The notes under the pieces: generated by a model | What the model was told of the DNA's origin: nothing | Databases searched by the model: none | The model's input: only the letters and a program-made list of their open reading frames with translations | In this document: piece by piece, positions 1 through 13,342 of the stretch | Numbering within the stretch: position 1 is the stretch's first letter | How the letters are laid out: every line of letters begins with the position of its first letter | Program-made: the position numbers and the translations under genes | Assembly (NCBI GenBank): GCA_951406725.2 | Contig: OX597822.1 | Location: 78,926,001-78,990,000, forward strand | Direction: 5' to 3' | Source of the DNA: Octopus vulgaris | Taxonomy: Eukaryota | Length of the DNA: 64,000 bases

Positions 1-1278
1 ATTCGTATCTTTGTTTCAAAGCAATGTTTATATATATATATATATATATATACTCTTTCATATATTGTTCATGTCAAACTATATCAAGCCTGATTCTGTA
101 GAGCTATGGTCAAAGACACTCTAACCATGACCATCACATCTTTCCAGACAATTTATCTCATACTATCGTATCCAATGTGTCTGTCTTTTTTTATTGTCAA
201 ATTGTTTGAAGTGTAGAGCAGATGTAAATCTCTGGTGATGAGGTTAATAATCCAAAACAAAAAACAACCAAATTCCTGATTATTTTCAAAATCAGAAACA
301 CAATTTCTGTACATTTCATCAAAAGTATTATCACTAATGAGTGAAGCTAATTAATATGAAATAGCCTATAAATGGAAGTGCATAGTAGTTAAAATCATAG
401 GTTTATTGTAGATATATAAAGGACAATTAACATGGTACTTGAATGTGTCACAGGTGATTGTTTGCTGCTGGTGAATGAAAATTTATTTTTAAGGCTGCAC
501 GTAGAAGTGTTTAACAACACTCATGAACATTTAACAGAAGATTTATTTACTGCATGTTTTCTGTGTTGTTCTTTTACAAATACTAACAGCTACAGTTACA
601 CACCTGGAGAGACATACTGCTGGGATTTATGACAGATTAACTGATAAAGCAGTTGGTGGCCAGCTCATCACAACTAGAAAATAATCATGCTATATTCATG
701 ATGACAAAATCTTGGTTTTCTGTCTACTGTAGGTTCTTGGTGAATGAAAATAGAGATGTCAAGCAAATGTCTCAGCATTCTGGGATTACTGCCAAAACCC
801 ACCTTTATCTAGAGCTCAATGAGAAAGTTCTACAAAGTCAAATCATGTGATGGCTTGATGCTGATTGGTCGCTTAATTGGCTGATCATGTGAAACTACTG
901 TGGCTTGGTCGTGATGTCTATTTGGCTACCTAGCAATTTGGTTTCGAATCGACTACATCTGTATTTAAAGTGTGTGTGTGTAGCTTCATAAATTAGAACT
1001 GGAGTAAAGTGTATTCATGTGGTTGCACATACAGACATACTGTTTGTATGTTTAATCAATTCATATAGCATGTTTAAGGTGGAAAGCTAGCAGAATCATT
1101 AGAGCATCAGACAAAATGCTTAGTGGCATTTCTTCTGGCTCTTTACGTTCTGCGTTCAGATCCTGCCAAGGTCAACTTTGTCTTGTCCTTTTGGAGTCGA
1201 TAAAATAAAGTATCAGTCAAGTACCCCGGGGTCAGTGTAATCGACTTGCTCCACTCCCACTAGAATTGGTCTGATATA

Positions 1279-1880
1279 TTGCTGGGTGTGGCATCAATTC
1301 GTTTCTCCCAGGTTCCTGGAGTTTATTCCAGATCGTTCAAGTGGTGTGAGGTCGTGTGTTGTCTTGTTGCAGAAGTTCTTGCTTTCTCTTGGCCAATGCA
1401 AGGTATTTTTGCCATACAATGGCATACATCTGCTCCAGCTGTCCAGAGTGCAGGTTGGTATTGATGGTTTGACTGTCTGGAACAAACTCATAGTGAATTA
1501 TCCCCTCATAATTGTGTTTGAAAACCCCATGTTTGGTGACAGGTTCTGGGAGCTGGCCCTTGTTTAACAACTACTTATGCACATTAAGCTTGCAGGAGAA
1601 TACCTCCCTCAGATTATTACTTGTTCCAATCCTTGGCTCACTTCCTGTACTTGTGATGCTACATCAATCAAGGAAAAAAAAAAAAGGTGGAAGCTTCAGT
1701 GAAGTTGTTCTTTGCCTCAAGGGATAAGAACTTGTATCAGCATGGAATGAAAGAACTGGCAGAAAAGTGGCTTCAGATGGTGCATCACAATGACCTCTAC
1801 TATGAGTGCTTTTGTTGTAGATTGATGAATAAAGAAAATAAGTTACCAAAATATTGCAAAACTTTTGACTCAACACAATA
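1279..1880. mobile_element. Rearranged mariner transposase relic
   Basis: Minus strand ~1280-1535 encodes GIIHYEFVPDSQTIN...LLQQDNTRPHT...LMPHPA (mariner catalytic domain). Plus strand ~1690-1810 encodes the C-terminus FFASRDKNLYQHGMKELAEKW, followed by a terminal sequence also found at 46476. Confidence 0.8.
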
Positions 1881-1920
1881 GAATTAGGCACTGAGTAACG
1901 TGTTAATAAAAATTCTTTGA

Positions 1921-2019
<99 letters not shown>

Positions 2020-2461
2020 TAAAGAAACCAACATTTTCTCATTTCACTTCGTTGCATTGTTTTCTGATTCTCATGGCTTTAATAAATGCTACAAATTTCG
2101 GTTTTCTTTTTATTTCATCTCATATTTTTAAGTGAGTAGAAGTGTAATGTCACATTGCTAAGACTAACTTGTATACAATAAACCTCTAATTAGAATTTAT
2201 GGAAGAATATATTTGTAACTGACAATCAATCTCAAATTAGAAAATGATAATAATTTTAAACAACCTTTTAGGGACAAAGCTTACTGATAGTTTCTTTTCC
2301 TTGTAATGAAGGTAGAACTCTGTTTATAATTTTTTGCTTGTTAGGAAAAAAAATTACGTATGCTATTTAAAATTCTGTAGAAATATGTATCAAAATCTCA
2401 GCAGATATGGAGAGTTGTAAAAGTATATATTTTTTACCAGTACATTAATATTTTTTTCAAC

Positions 2462-2668
2462 TCTAGGCACAAGGCCCAAAATTTTTGGGGAGGGTCCCAG
2501 TCGATTAGATCAATTCCAGTACACCACTGGTATTTAATTTATTCACCCCGAAAGGATGAAAGGCAAAGTTGACCCTGGCAGAATTTGAACTCAGAATGTA
2601 AAGACAAGATGAAATACTGCTAAGTATTTTACCTGGCATGCTAACGTTTCTGCCAGCTTGCCACCTCC
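2462..2668 (-). mobile_element. tRNA-derived (CORE-like) SINE
   Basis: Reverse complement of the family at 44046 (gcaagctggcagaaacgttagca...ttctgagttcaaattc...gcctttcatcctttcgggg). Confidence 0.8.
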
Positions 2669-3471
2669 TCATACAATAATATTGGGCAAATATATTGACC
2701 CAGTTGTCTTCTAAAGGTTAAATACTTTTTATCTTTTAGTTGTTTCAGTTATTGGATTACCACCATGCTGGAGCAATGCACGGAAGGGTTTAGTTGGACA
2801 AATTGACCCCAGGACTTATTTTTTTGTCAAGTCTGGTACTTATTCTATTTTGTTTGCTTTGCTGAATCACTAAGTTATGGGGTTGTAAACAAACCAACAC
2901 TGGCTGTGAAGCAGTGGGAGGTACAAGCACAAAGACACATACATAGAACAGGCTTCCACACAGTTTTCTGTGTTTACCAAATTCACTCACATGGCATAGG
3001 TTGGTCTGAGGCTACTGTACAAGACACCTGCCTAAAGTGCCTTGCAGTGGGATTGAGCCTAAAAGTATATGGTTGCAAACCAAACTTCTTAACTACACAG
3101 CCATCCCCGCACCTGAAAGTTTTATCAATTCAAATTGGAATTAAGCATTTTTTGTTCCATTGCATAGTACCCTTGGTACTACTGCCATAGTGCCCTTCAT
3201 ACTAGTGCATAGTATCCTTCATACTGACCTTGATCAAATAAATACCAGTCATAAGCTGGGAAGGAAGAAGAGGAGACTGAACCAGTTCTTGAAATTTAAT
3301 CCCATGTGGTTCTGGAGGATGCTGAAGTGGCAGCTGAATGTATGATTGTGATTATTAAGTTTGCTATCTTTATATTCTAGTTCAAATCCTGACCAAGGTT
3401 GAATTTGTGTTTCATTCATCCTAGCAATTATTTCTCTGTCTCTTACAAATTTGTGGCCCGTGTCAGTGTAA

Positions 3472-3636
<165 letters not shown>

Positions 3637-3820
3637 TAATGTGTGGAGACGGTAGTTTTTGCAAATGGGTGTGGTTGGAGTTTTGGGAGAAAAAAATGGT
3701 TTTCTTTTGGTGAGAGGAGGAAGAGTGATGGTCCTGATTCTTTTGAGAGGCTCCAATTTTGGCAGAGAGAAAAGGAAAAAGAAACGCTAGCACAATAGCT
3801 ACTGTAATGGGAGTCCTCCT

Positions 3821-3908
3821 CCTCATCATCATCGTCCCCCTTCCTCATCATCACCACCACCACCACCATCATCATCACTACCATCATCATCAAACCATAT
3901 CATCATCC
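3821..3908. repeat. (CAT)n/(CAC)n microsatellite at a SINE tail
   Basis: Direct reading of the repeat run. Confidence 0.85.
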
Positions 3909-4221
3909 AGCCAGCCATTCACTCATTCATTCCCCTTGCTGGTTTGGGTTGGATGGTTTGACAGGATCTGATGAGTGGTAGGGCTTCGTCTAACTCCTGT
4001 ACCAGTTTCAGCATGGCTTCTATGGCTGGATGCCCTTCCTAACACCAACCACTTTCTATCACTATATTCACTTATCCTCTTTCTAGGGACCTGATGTTAA
4101 TGATTGCAAGAAATACTTGGTGAAAGACACCCAAGGGTCACATGGTGCCTTTAAACTAGACACTTTACTAATTCTGCCTCTCAGATTGCAAAAGAATCTA
4201 GTTGCATGCATGTGTCCATTC

Positions 4222-4436
4222 TTTATTCTTATGTTTCAGTCATTTGACTGCAGCTATGCTGGAGTACTGCCTTTAGTCGAACAAATTGACCCCAGGACAT
4301 ATTCCTTGTAAGCCTAGTACATATTCTATTGGTCTCTTTTGCTGAGCCACTAGGTTACGAGGAAGTAAACAAAACAACATCACTTGTCAAGCGATGGCGG
4401 AGGGACAAACACCCACACATATATATACATACATAC

Positions 4437-4477
<41 letters not shown>

Positions 4478-4690
4478 CATCATCATCATCATCGTTTAAC
4501 GTCCGCCTTCCATGCTAGCATGGGTTGGACAGATGGGCTTCTTTCAGTTTCTATCTACCAAATCCACTCACAAGGCTTTGGTCAGCCTGAGGCCATAGTA
4601 GAAGACACTTGACCAAGGTGTCATGCAATGGGAGTGAAACCTGAACCATGTGGTTGGGAAGCAAGCTTCTTACCACACAGCCACTCCTGA
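4222..4690 (-). mobile_element. Composite tRNA-derived SINE with internal (TA)n and a nested (CAT)n-tailed fragment
   Basis: Reverse complement of the 12898-13284 family; an RTE-type tail fragment is inserted at ~4478-4530. Confidence 0.8.
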
Positions 4691-5123
4691 ACCTATGTAG
4701 ATGTATGCATTAAAAAGGCATGACGTAGTGTAAAACATAAATAAATCTTGTTTGTGAAGAATTGAAGCAAGAAGGGTGCCTTGGCTCATAACAAATTGGG
4801 GTCTGAGCCAGTAAGCCATTGGTAGACTGACCAATAACAACCAGTCATTCAAACCATTTGTGTCAAATTAATTAACAAATGATAACATCATTTACTTGTT
4901 TCAGTCATTAGATTGCAGCCATGCTGGGGCACTGCTTTGAAGGGTCAGTCAAACAAATCAGCTCCAGTACGTTTTATTTTCAAGTCTGGTATTTATTCTG
5001 TTTTGCTGAACAGCAAGTTATGGGAATGTAAGCAAACCGACACCAGTTGTCAAGCAGTGTAGGGAGGGGAAAAACATGCTCACACACACACACACAGACA
5101 TATAATGCCTTGTAAGTGAATTT

Positions 5124-5163
<40 letters not shown>

Positions 5164-5169
<6 letters not shown>

Positions 5170-5592
5170 CGAAATCGATCCACATCAATGGAATTTGTAG
5201 TTTGTGGTACCAGTGCCGGTGGCACATAAGAGAACCATCCGAACGTGGCCGTAGCCAGCACCGCATCGACTGGCCTCCGTGCTGGTGGCACGTAACGAAC
5301 ACCATCCGATCATGGCTGTGCCAGCCCTGCCTGGCCTCCATGCCGGTGGCACATAAAAAACACCATCCGAGCGTGGCCGTTTCGCCTGCCTCGTCTGGCA
5401 CCTGTGTCGGTGGCACATAAAAAGCACCCACTACACTCACGGAGTGGTTGGCGTTAGGAAGGGCATCCAGCTGTAGAAACACCGCCAGATCTGACTGGCC
5501 TGGTAGAGCCTTCGGGCTTCCCAGACCTCAGTTAAACCGTCCAACCCATGCTAGCATGGAAAGCAGACGTTAAACAATGATGATGATGATGA
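5164..5592 (+). mobile_element. SINE with four internal ~60 bp repeats and (GAT)n tail (RTE-related 3' part)
   Basis: GTGCCGGTGGCAC..AAAAAGCACC-like unit four times, then gagtggttggcgttaggaagggcatccagc...gacgttaaac(gat)n. Related copies at 5620-5810 (-), 28455-28600 (-), 30770-30980 (+) and 42300-42492 (+). Confidence 0.8.
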
Positions 5593-8264
5593 TATATATG
5601 TGTGTGTGTGTGTGCATATATATCATCATCATTTGACATCCGTTGACCGTGCTGGCATCGGTTGGACAGTTTGACAAGGGCTGGCAAGCTGAGGGGGTGG
5701 CACCAGACTCCAGTCTGATTTGGCATGATTTCTATGGCTGGATGCCCTTCCTAATCTCTACCACTTTGAGAGTGTAATCGGTGCTTTTACGTGCCAGCGG
5801 CATGGGTGCCTGTTGCATGACACCAGTATCTGCCATGACTACAATTACACAGTCTTCTTAAGCACAGCCTGTGGTCAAAAGTCTCGGTCATTTGTCATTG
5901 TCTCTGTGAGGCCCAACACTTGGAAGGTGCTTTTTACATGACAGTAGCATTGGCCACGTTACCTCTATGAGGCCTAACACTTGAAAGGTGCTTTTTACAT
6001 GCCACCAGCACAGGTGCCAGTTATAGCCACAACTGATTTCACTTGGCTTGACGGGTCTTCTCAAGAATGGCATATCACCAAAGGTCTCGGTCACACACCC
6101 ACCCGTCATCATCATCATCATCACTTAGCATCTGTTTTCTATGCTAGCATGGGTTAAACAGTTTGACTGGAACTGCTAAGCAGGAGGGTTGTACCAGGTT
6201 GCAGTCCGATTTGGCATGGTTTCTACAGCTGGATGCCTTTCCTAATGCCACATAAAAACAAAGGCACTGGTGCTGGTGTCGTGTAAAAAGCTCACAAATA
6301 TTTCCCCCCAGCAATGTCTTACAGGAAGAAGGGCATTAAACATCAACTTTGCAAAACTTCCAACCACTTCTGCAGCAGACTAAATGGTGCAGATATTAAA
6401 GAAGTAAAATCTTGAAAAGTTTATTGGGTGTCTGTAAGTTTGGTTGCCATGGGAATTGGAAAAAGAAATATTAGGTGAATCAGTACTTTTTTGTTTTCAA
6501 GGTCACTTAAAACCCTTTGGCATTTAGATTATGGAGTCAATTACTTTTTTTTTATTTACATTGTTTTGAATTAAGCTTGTATTATTTTGTAGCATCAAGA
6601 TGTTGATGATGTATTTACTTTTAGAATGGCATTTCAGGGTAGGTGTGAGAGGCTGGATCTGGCTAGTTTGAACATAAAGATGTAGAATATTTGGGTGTGA
6701 TATGATCAGTTTAAGGCCTGAGATTTTTTATCTCTTATTGTTTTATTCCTAAAAGCCTTTGAGAGAGCTGCTGCTACACAATCATTTGAACTGCTTTAAA
6801 TAATATCCAGATCACCCTCATATAACACACTATCAGCTTATATATGTAGTGTTTGATACCAGAATACTCTTGATTATAAGTTTGAACTTGGGGTTAAATA
6901 ACAACAGAAGGTTTGCAGCGTTGCATAACGTTTGCCAAACAAAACACTTAAGGAATTGCAAACTGAATCTTAAGAAGTTGAACTGAAATATTTGTCGTGC
7001 TTGATGGTGGTACAGCTATAATTGTAAATAACTAATTAACAGGCTGTAACCTCATTTCTACACTGGCAACAAAGCAAAAAACAAAAACAACAGGTCTGTT
7101 TTTAATTGCTAAAACAACAACAGCTAATAGAGAAAGTAATTCTCAGTGTTCCTCTACCATCACATAGAAACAGGCAACAGAACAAACAGTATATTGAATA
7201 ATACTATAATACATGTAGCCTCATTTAATACTGATCTGGGATAACCGAGCATGCTCAGTGATGGACTATGGTATGCTTATCATGAATTGATCTGTGAAAG
7301 AGTCTGCTTGGATCACAAAAGCATTCCCCAGCTACTACTCAAAATGCTCAGCTACCCAGAAATGCACTGATTATCACTTGTGTTTATATTGCTAAGCTGC
7401 AAGACTGCATATTTTTTATATGGACTGTATCCATCAATATGGGACCGGTGAACAGAATAATATACAAAGTGCCCCTGGATCCTAACAAATGATGTAGATG
7501 AGTGTATTTTCTACGGGGAATAGTAGAGATGATGAGGAAAATAACTGATGGTGGAGGCTTTGTTATCAGTGGATCTCCCATTAATTTCATTGGAGGTGGT
7601 TCATTTATCACTGTTTTTATTTAGAACCAAACCCTGTGATAAACAAGGATTCTTTTTTTTTTCTTTTTTTTACTTTCATTCAACAGGCATTTACCTGTGC
7701 AAAAACTATATGAGATTGCTCATCATCATCCTCATTTAGCGTCCATTTTCCATGGGTTAGCAACCAAATATCTCTGCCAATGGCATGGGTTAGCAGCTAA
7801 ATATCTCTGCCAAAAGTGTATCAGAGCAATGACCACAGAAATACTCATAGAAAAGACACAACAAAGACACATGTTAACAATGAGCCAAAGGCCCAAACCT
7901 AATTGAAAGAAGAGGAAACATTATGTTAATAATTCACCTCTGAATTTGATCGAGCAAATTTGAAATATGTTCTCACCTGGAGAATTTGGTTTGTAATATG
8001 AATTTTTTCTTCTCATTAGTTGTTTGTCTTGTTTAGCCTCAGGTTGGCCACACTAGGGCAGACATGATTAAACCGTAAATCAACCAGTCTTTTACTGAGT
8101 ACAGCATTGTACTGAGGACCACATCATTTAATGTAGGGTGTTATCATCATCATCATCATCGTTTAATGTCCGCTTTCCATGCTGGCATGGAACAACACGT
8201 GTCTTCGTTGTGTCTTTCCTATAAGCATTTCCTTGGTCATTGCTCTGATACACTTTTGGTGTAG

Positions 8265-8612
<348 letters not shown>

Positions 8613-8835
8613 TCTGAGGTCGGTCTTCTTTTCTTCCTCATATTACAATGTTAATTAAAATTTATTCACTAAATTAAAAAAAAAAAAGAAAAAAAACAGT
8701 TGGTTGTTTATCTAATGAATATTTTAGCATTAAAATTAATTTGTTTTATTTCGCAACACATGTATGCATGCTCACACACACACACTTAAAAAACAGGTGG
8801 ACAGAGAAACTTAGAAGTTATTGTTCCCCTTCATG

Positions 8836-8880
<45 letters not shown>

Positions 8881-9249
8881 TATGCATGTGTTTAGACAGC
8901 AGTGCTCTAGTATGAGCGTGGCCATACTAAAGAACTATTATAAACAGACACATAATACTGCTAATGCTTCAACACTTTTCTATTTTCTGTTTGCCTAATT
9001 GTTTAACAGCTTATTAAATATCTAAATATCTGAGATGAGTTTATTGTTAATATGATTATAATTTCTTTGGTTTCTTTATTAACATCAAGCTCAGAGATGA
9101 ACAAATTCCCTCACAATTTACATCATCATCGTTTAACATCTGCCTTCCTTGCTGGCATTTTGTCTTAACTGGCTTCATCTCCATTTGTCATCATTTTACA
9201 AGCATCAATGCCTGAGTTTGATATTTGTGTTAACTATTCTTAGTTTAGG

Positions 9250-9255
9250 AATAAA
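9250..9255 (+). terminator. Candidate GAPDH polyadenylation signal
   Basis: AATAAA ~640 nt downstream of the stop codon; earlier ATTAAA hexamers (e.g. 8654) are alternatives. Confidence 0.35.
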
Positions 9256-9309
9256 AGTTCTGAGTTTGAATCCAATCTGATACGGTTTCTGATGATGGTT
9301 GGAGATTAA

Positions 9310-9529
9310 CCCTTTTGTTACTGCATTAATTTTGAGATGCTCTGTGTTTCTTTCAATTACTTTAAATATAACAAAGAATTTAGTAAAATAACTTAGTTAT
9401 CATTAAGCTAGTGTTAGGAACATAAATTGTGACTAAGGTTTGGTGGAAGACTTTAAATCAAAACTTATAAAAACAAGACATTTGTACTCAGAGCCAGAGC
9501 CAGTTTCAGCCGGGTTGGTAACAAAAGGG
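9310..9529 (+). mobile_element. piggyBac-type MITE, 220 bp
   Basis: TTAA target duplication (9306-9309, 9530-9533) and TIR CCCTTTTGTTAC/GTAACAAAAGGG; near-identical inverted copy at 47039-47258. Confidence 0.92.
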
Positions 9530-10059
9530 TTAATAGAAAAATGGAAATGGTATTAATTTGCTAAGTGCAGAAGGTGGTGAACTAGCTGAAGTGGTACTGT
9601 GCTAGATTAACTACGTGCATATTTAATGAAACAATTTTAGACGTACTGCAGACATATTTAGTTTTGAATCAAAAAATTTTGCTTTGCATTAGCTTTGACT
9701 TTCTTGCCTCTACGATAAATAAAGTACCAGATCTATATTTGAGCTAATTCAGTTAACTATATTCCTTCTTACAATAAATTTGAGGTAAAAAAATCTATTC
9801 ATTGCTATGTAGTGGGGAGTACAACCAAGATTCAAGAGCCAATAAATTTACCAGCAGTAATTAAGATTAGTACAGTTAATTAGGAGACTTCTCAAGATTT
9901 GATCTCCTACCCAATGAAGAAAATAATTTGACTTGAGCTAATGAGAAAACTTCTACATTGTTACTTGACCTGCTAGAAATGGTAGCCAAATTTCCTTAAA
10001 TTTTACTCAACAATCTTGAAAAAAAAATTGGATTCAATGTAATCCTTGATGAGATTGAT

Positions 10060-10395
10060 TTATTAACCCTGTGCACGTAAGCAAAGCAAGGGCTTTTCAT
10101 TGTCTGCTTGTTTGGAAAACGGCTCAACAGATTTTCACCAAATTTAGAAGAAATACTCATTGGGTGAGTAGCTCAAAACTCATTAAATTTTGGTTTTATT
10201 ATCTTCAAAACTGATGGACGGGTGAATCAAAATGATTTTTTTTTCTTTGATACATATGCATAAATGATAAGGAGTGGAAATAATTCTTGATGTCATTTTG
10301 TTGAAATACAAATTCGTATGAGATTATTAAATTAAATTTTATTTTATCCTTGTGTGTGCACAGAGTGTGTATAGCCCCTTCGATGCCTCTCTTAA
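10060..10395. mobile_element. Possible DINE-1/Helentron-like non-autonomous element
   Basis: Starts ttattaaccc and contains gtctgcttgtttgg-aaaacggctcaacagattttcaccaaattt, resembling DINE-type cores. Resemblance only. Confidence 0.35.
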
Positions 10396-11548
10396 TTTTT
10401 CCTTTGAGGTTATGTGGTGTGTATATTATCAATAATCGGTTCAACCTAGAAGAATGGAGAGAATTAACAGACAGGTAGATATTTATTTTAATTATTTCAA
10501 ATTTTGAAGGAACCTTTAAGTTAATTATATCAACCCCAGCGCATGACTGGTACTTATTTTATTGACTCTGAAAGGATGAAGAGTAAAATCTTTCTCAATG
10601 AATTTGAATTCAGAATGTAAAGATGGACGAAATGCCTCTAAGCATTTTGACCAACATGCTAATGATTCTGCTATTTAAATAATATTAAAAGGCTCTCAGA
10701 AATTAGTAACCATTTGATTACGGACTTACTTTTACTAGAGACTCTATTTTATTGAGAAGAAAAGTTGTGTTTAAATGTCAAGTAGCGCCATTCAACTCTG
10801 CTTGTGTAGATCTATGGTAAAAAGGCAAGGGAATAACTGAAGCGTCATTCACTTAATGTTCTGGTGTCACGAGATCCTTGTGTTCTTGTAGAGATAGGCT
10901 GTGCCATAATTTAAGATTTAAAATGTGTGTGGTCTCCATTTCAAAGATGATAAAGTGTTTTAGGGGTTTTACTGTTTACAGTAAGTTGTCATCAACCCTG
11001 CTAATCCAGTAAACCTATGATCAGTGATAGTCCAACCAGAACCATCTTGTCATTTATGTAGACATAGTGTATATCTAGATCTACAGTATCTGATGTACTT
11101 TTCCTTATGATGGATTGATTTGAGGGGATTTAACTGCTTTTTTCTATTAAGGATAGGGACAACACTGAGGCTTCATTAGTGAGCGAAAAACTATGTAGAA
11201 GTTCTCAGCCAATTTGATACTAGCCTAACCCTGGTTCAGTGACAGCACATGGCTCAGTGGTTAGGGCATCAGGCTCACAATCATGATGTAGAGAGTTCAC
11301 TTCCTGGACTGGGCTATGTGTTGAGCAAGACACTTTACTTCATGTTGCTCCAGCTCACTCTGTAGAAATAAGATGCAATGTTACTGGTCCTTTGCCTTTC
11401 CCTTGGATAACATCAGTGGCATGGAGAGGGGAGGCTGGTATATATGGCTGACTGCTGGTCTTCTGTAACTTTTTAGGTGCAATGCCATGGTCATTCATGA
11501 CTGTTCCTGTTTTAAGTAGGTCTGATTTGAAACCTTCAATCAACATTA

Positions 11549-12631
11549 TTGGGTCATTCCATAAATAATGCAGTTTTTTTATACTTGTTTTATTTTTCAA
11601 CGTTTTTTTAAATCTGAAATATATTCTTTCATTTTTTACAATGCTCTTTCATCTCACTGGTAGACTTGCAAGGCCCCTCTTCCAATATTCACTTGTCCAT
11701 GACAAAAAATGCTCTTTCAGTACTGTTCTAATCTCATCTACAAAATTTGCGCGTTTTTCCATCCAAATGATTTTGAAGACTGTAGAATAAATGATAATCA
11801 GTTGGGGCAATGTCCAGCGAATATGATGGGTGGGGCATCGTATTCTATTCAAACTGCTCCAGCCTTTGGAATGTCATCTTCGCTATATGTGGCCAAGCAT
11901 TATCCTGATGGAAGAACACCTTTTGTCTTGAAACCAAAGATGGTTGTTTTTCTTCTAGAGCTGACTTAAGCCACTTAAGCTGCTTGCAGTAGATCTCGTT
12001 TGGTTTGCATTTAAAAGTTCAAAGTGGACTAAACTATTCATATTCCACCAAACAGATAACGACATCTTACGTAGATGAAGATCTTTAGCTTGGAATGCCA
12101 GTGTTTCTCCTTTCTCTACCTACTGTCTTTGGTACTTGACGTTTTTATAGAGAACTCATTCTCATCACCAGTCACTGTTTGGTCCAAAAGTAGTTCATTC
12201 ATGAGACATGACAGTGAAGAAGAGCACACATTCACTCTGTGCACAGTTAAACTTGTCAAGCTCTACAGATCTTCCAAAATGAGACTCGTCTTTTAGGCTG
12301 TAGTTTCCAGCTTGGAATTTCTGGAACCATCATTGACACTGGTTTACGTTTATTGTCCAATCCCCATATACTGCATTAATATTCCTCACGTTTCGTTGCA
12401 TTGTTGCCTTTATTGAAATCATAAATTAAAATATGTTCCTTTCTCACTTCCATTATAGCTTTGAAAAAATAATTGTTAAAAATTGAACTGCACTCTTCAA
12501 AACTAAGAATAAATACAAGGTAAAATTGCTACCTGCTTTTATAGCAAGTTGATGCAGGTAGTTTATCCTATCCCCCTCTGACTTTCAGTTCATGGAACTG
12601 AAAAAAACCTATTATTTATGGGATGACCCAA
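11549..12631 (-). mobile_element. Mariner DNA transposon, decayed, with both TIRs
   Basis: TA|TTGGGTCATTCCATAAATAAT ... ATTATTTATGGGATGACCCAA|TA. Minus-strand remnants VTGDE, HQDNA, HPSYSLDIAPTDYHL and YWKRGLASLP, with frameshifts. Confidence 0.92.
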
Positions 12632-12897
12632 TATATATTAATTTATGTTCCAAACACCAGCTTAATAATGACAGTTATTTTACTCAATTCTTCAGTATTT
12701 TCAAAATCAGTTGAAACAAGGGCAATGTATTTTAACAGAAATATTTAACTTGTACATACTGACCCTTAAGTGGTATGAAATGCAGACACAGCCCTTGAAG
12801 GATTTGAGCTCACAACATAGGGTAAGAACAAGGATTACATTAATAATGTACATTGGAAGTAATGAACATGAGGGGGAAAATGGCAAAAAAAAGTTTT

Positions 12898-13284
12898 AGG
12901 CGCAGGAGTGGCTGTGTGGTAAGCAGCTTGCTTACCAACCACATGGTTCTGGGTTCAGTCCCACTGCGTAGCACCTTGGGCCATGTGTCTTCTACTATAG
13001 CCTTGGGCCAACCACAAAGCCTTGTGAGTGGATTTTCTAGACAGAAACTTAAAAGAAGCCCATCGTATATATGTATATATATGTGTGCGTGTGTTTGTCC
13101 CCCCAACATTGCTTGACAACCGATCGATGCTGGTGTGTTTATGTCCCTGTAACTTAGCGGTTTGGCAAAAGAGACCAATAGAAAAGTACTAGGCTTGCAA
13201 AGAATAAGTCCTGGGGTTGATTTGCTTGACTAAAGGTGGTGCTCCAGTATGGCTGCAGTCAAATGACTGAAACAAGTAAAAGAG
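12898..13284 (+). mobile_element. Full-length composite tRNA-derived SINE
   Basis: Head has pol III A box (gtggctgtgtggtaag) and B box (gggttcagtccc), with an internal (TA/TG)n. Many related copies elsewhere (e.g. 2730-3105, 34725-34905, 48700-48935). Confidence 0.88.
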
Positions 13285-13294
13285 TAAAATAATT

Positions 13295-13342
13295 AACAAA
13301 AACACATTTTTGTTGGCATAATTTTAATGTTTATTCAATAAA
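13295..13342 (-). terminator. Candidate distal polyadenylation site on the minus strand
   Basis: Minus strand reads AATAAA (13335-13330), ~23 nt spacer, then a TGTGTTTTTGTT GU-rich element; a + strand AATAAA is adjacent at 13337-13342. Confidence 0.4.

Noticed and set aside
5212-5430. CRISPR-like array of ~60 bp repeats
   Set aside because: Eukaryotic SINE context, degenerate units with related spacers, and no cas genes.
12898-12975. tRNA gene
   Set aside because: A and B boxes are present, but the sequence continues into a SINE body found in many copies and no complete cloverleaf is evident.
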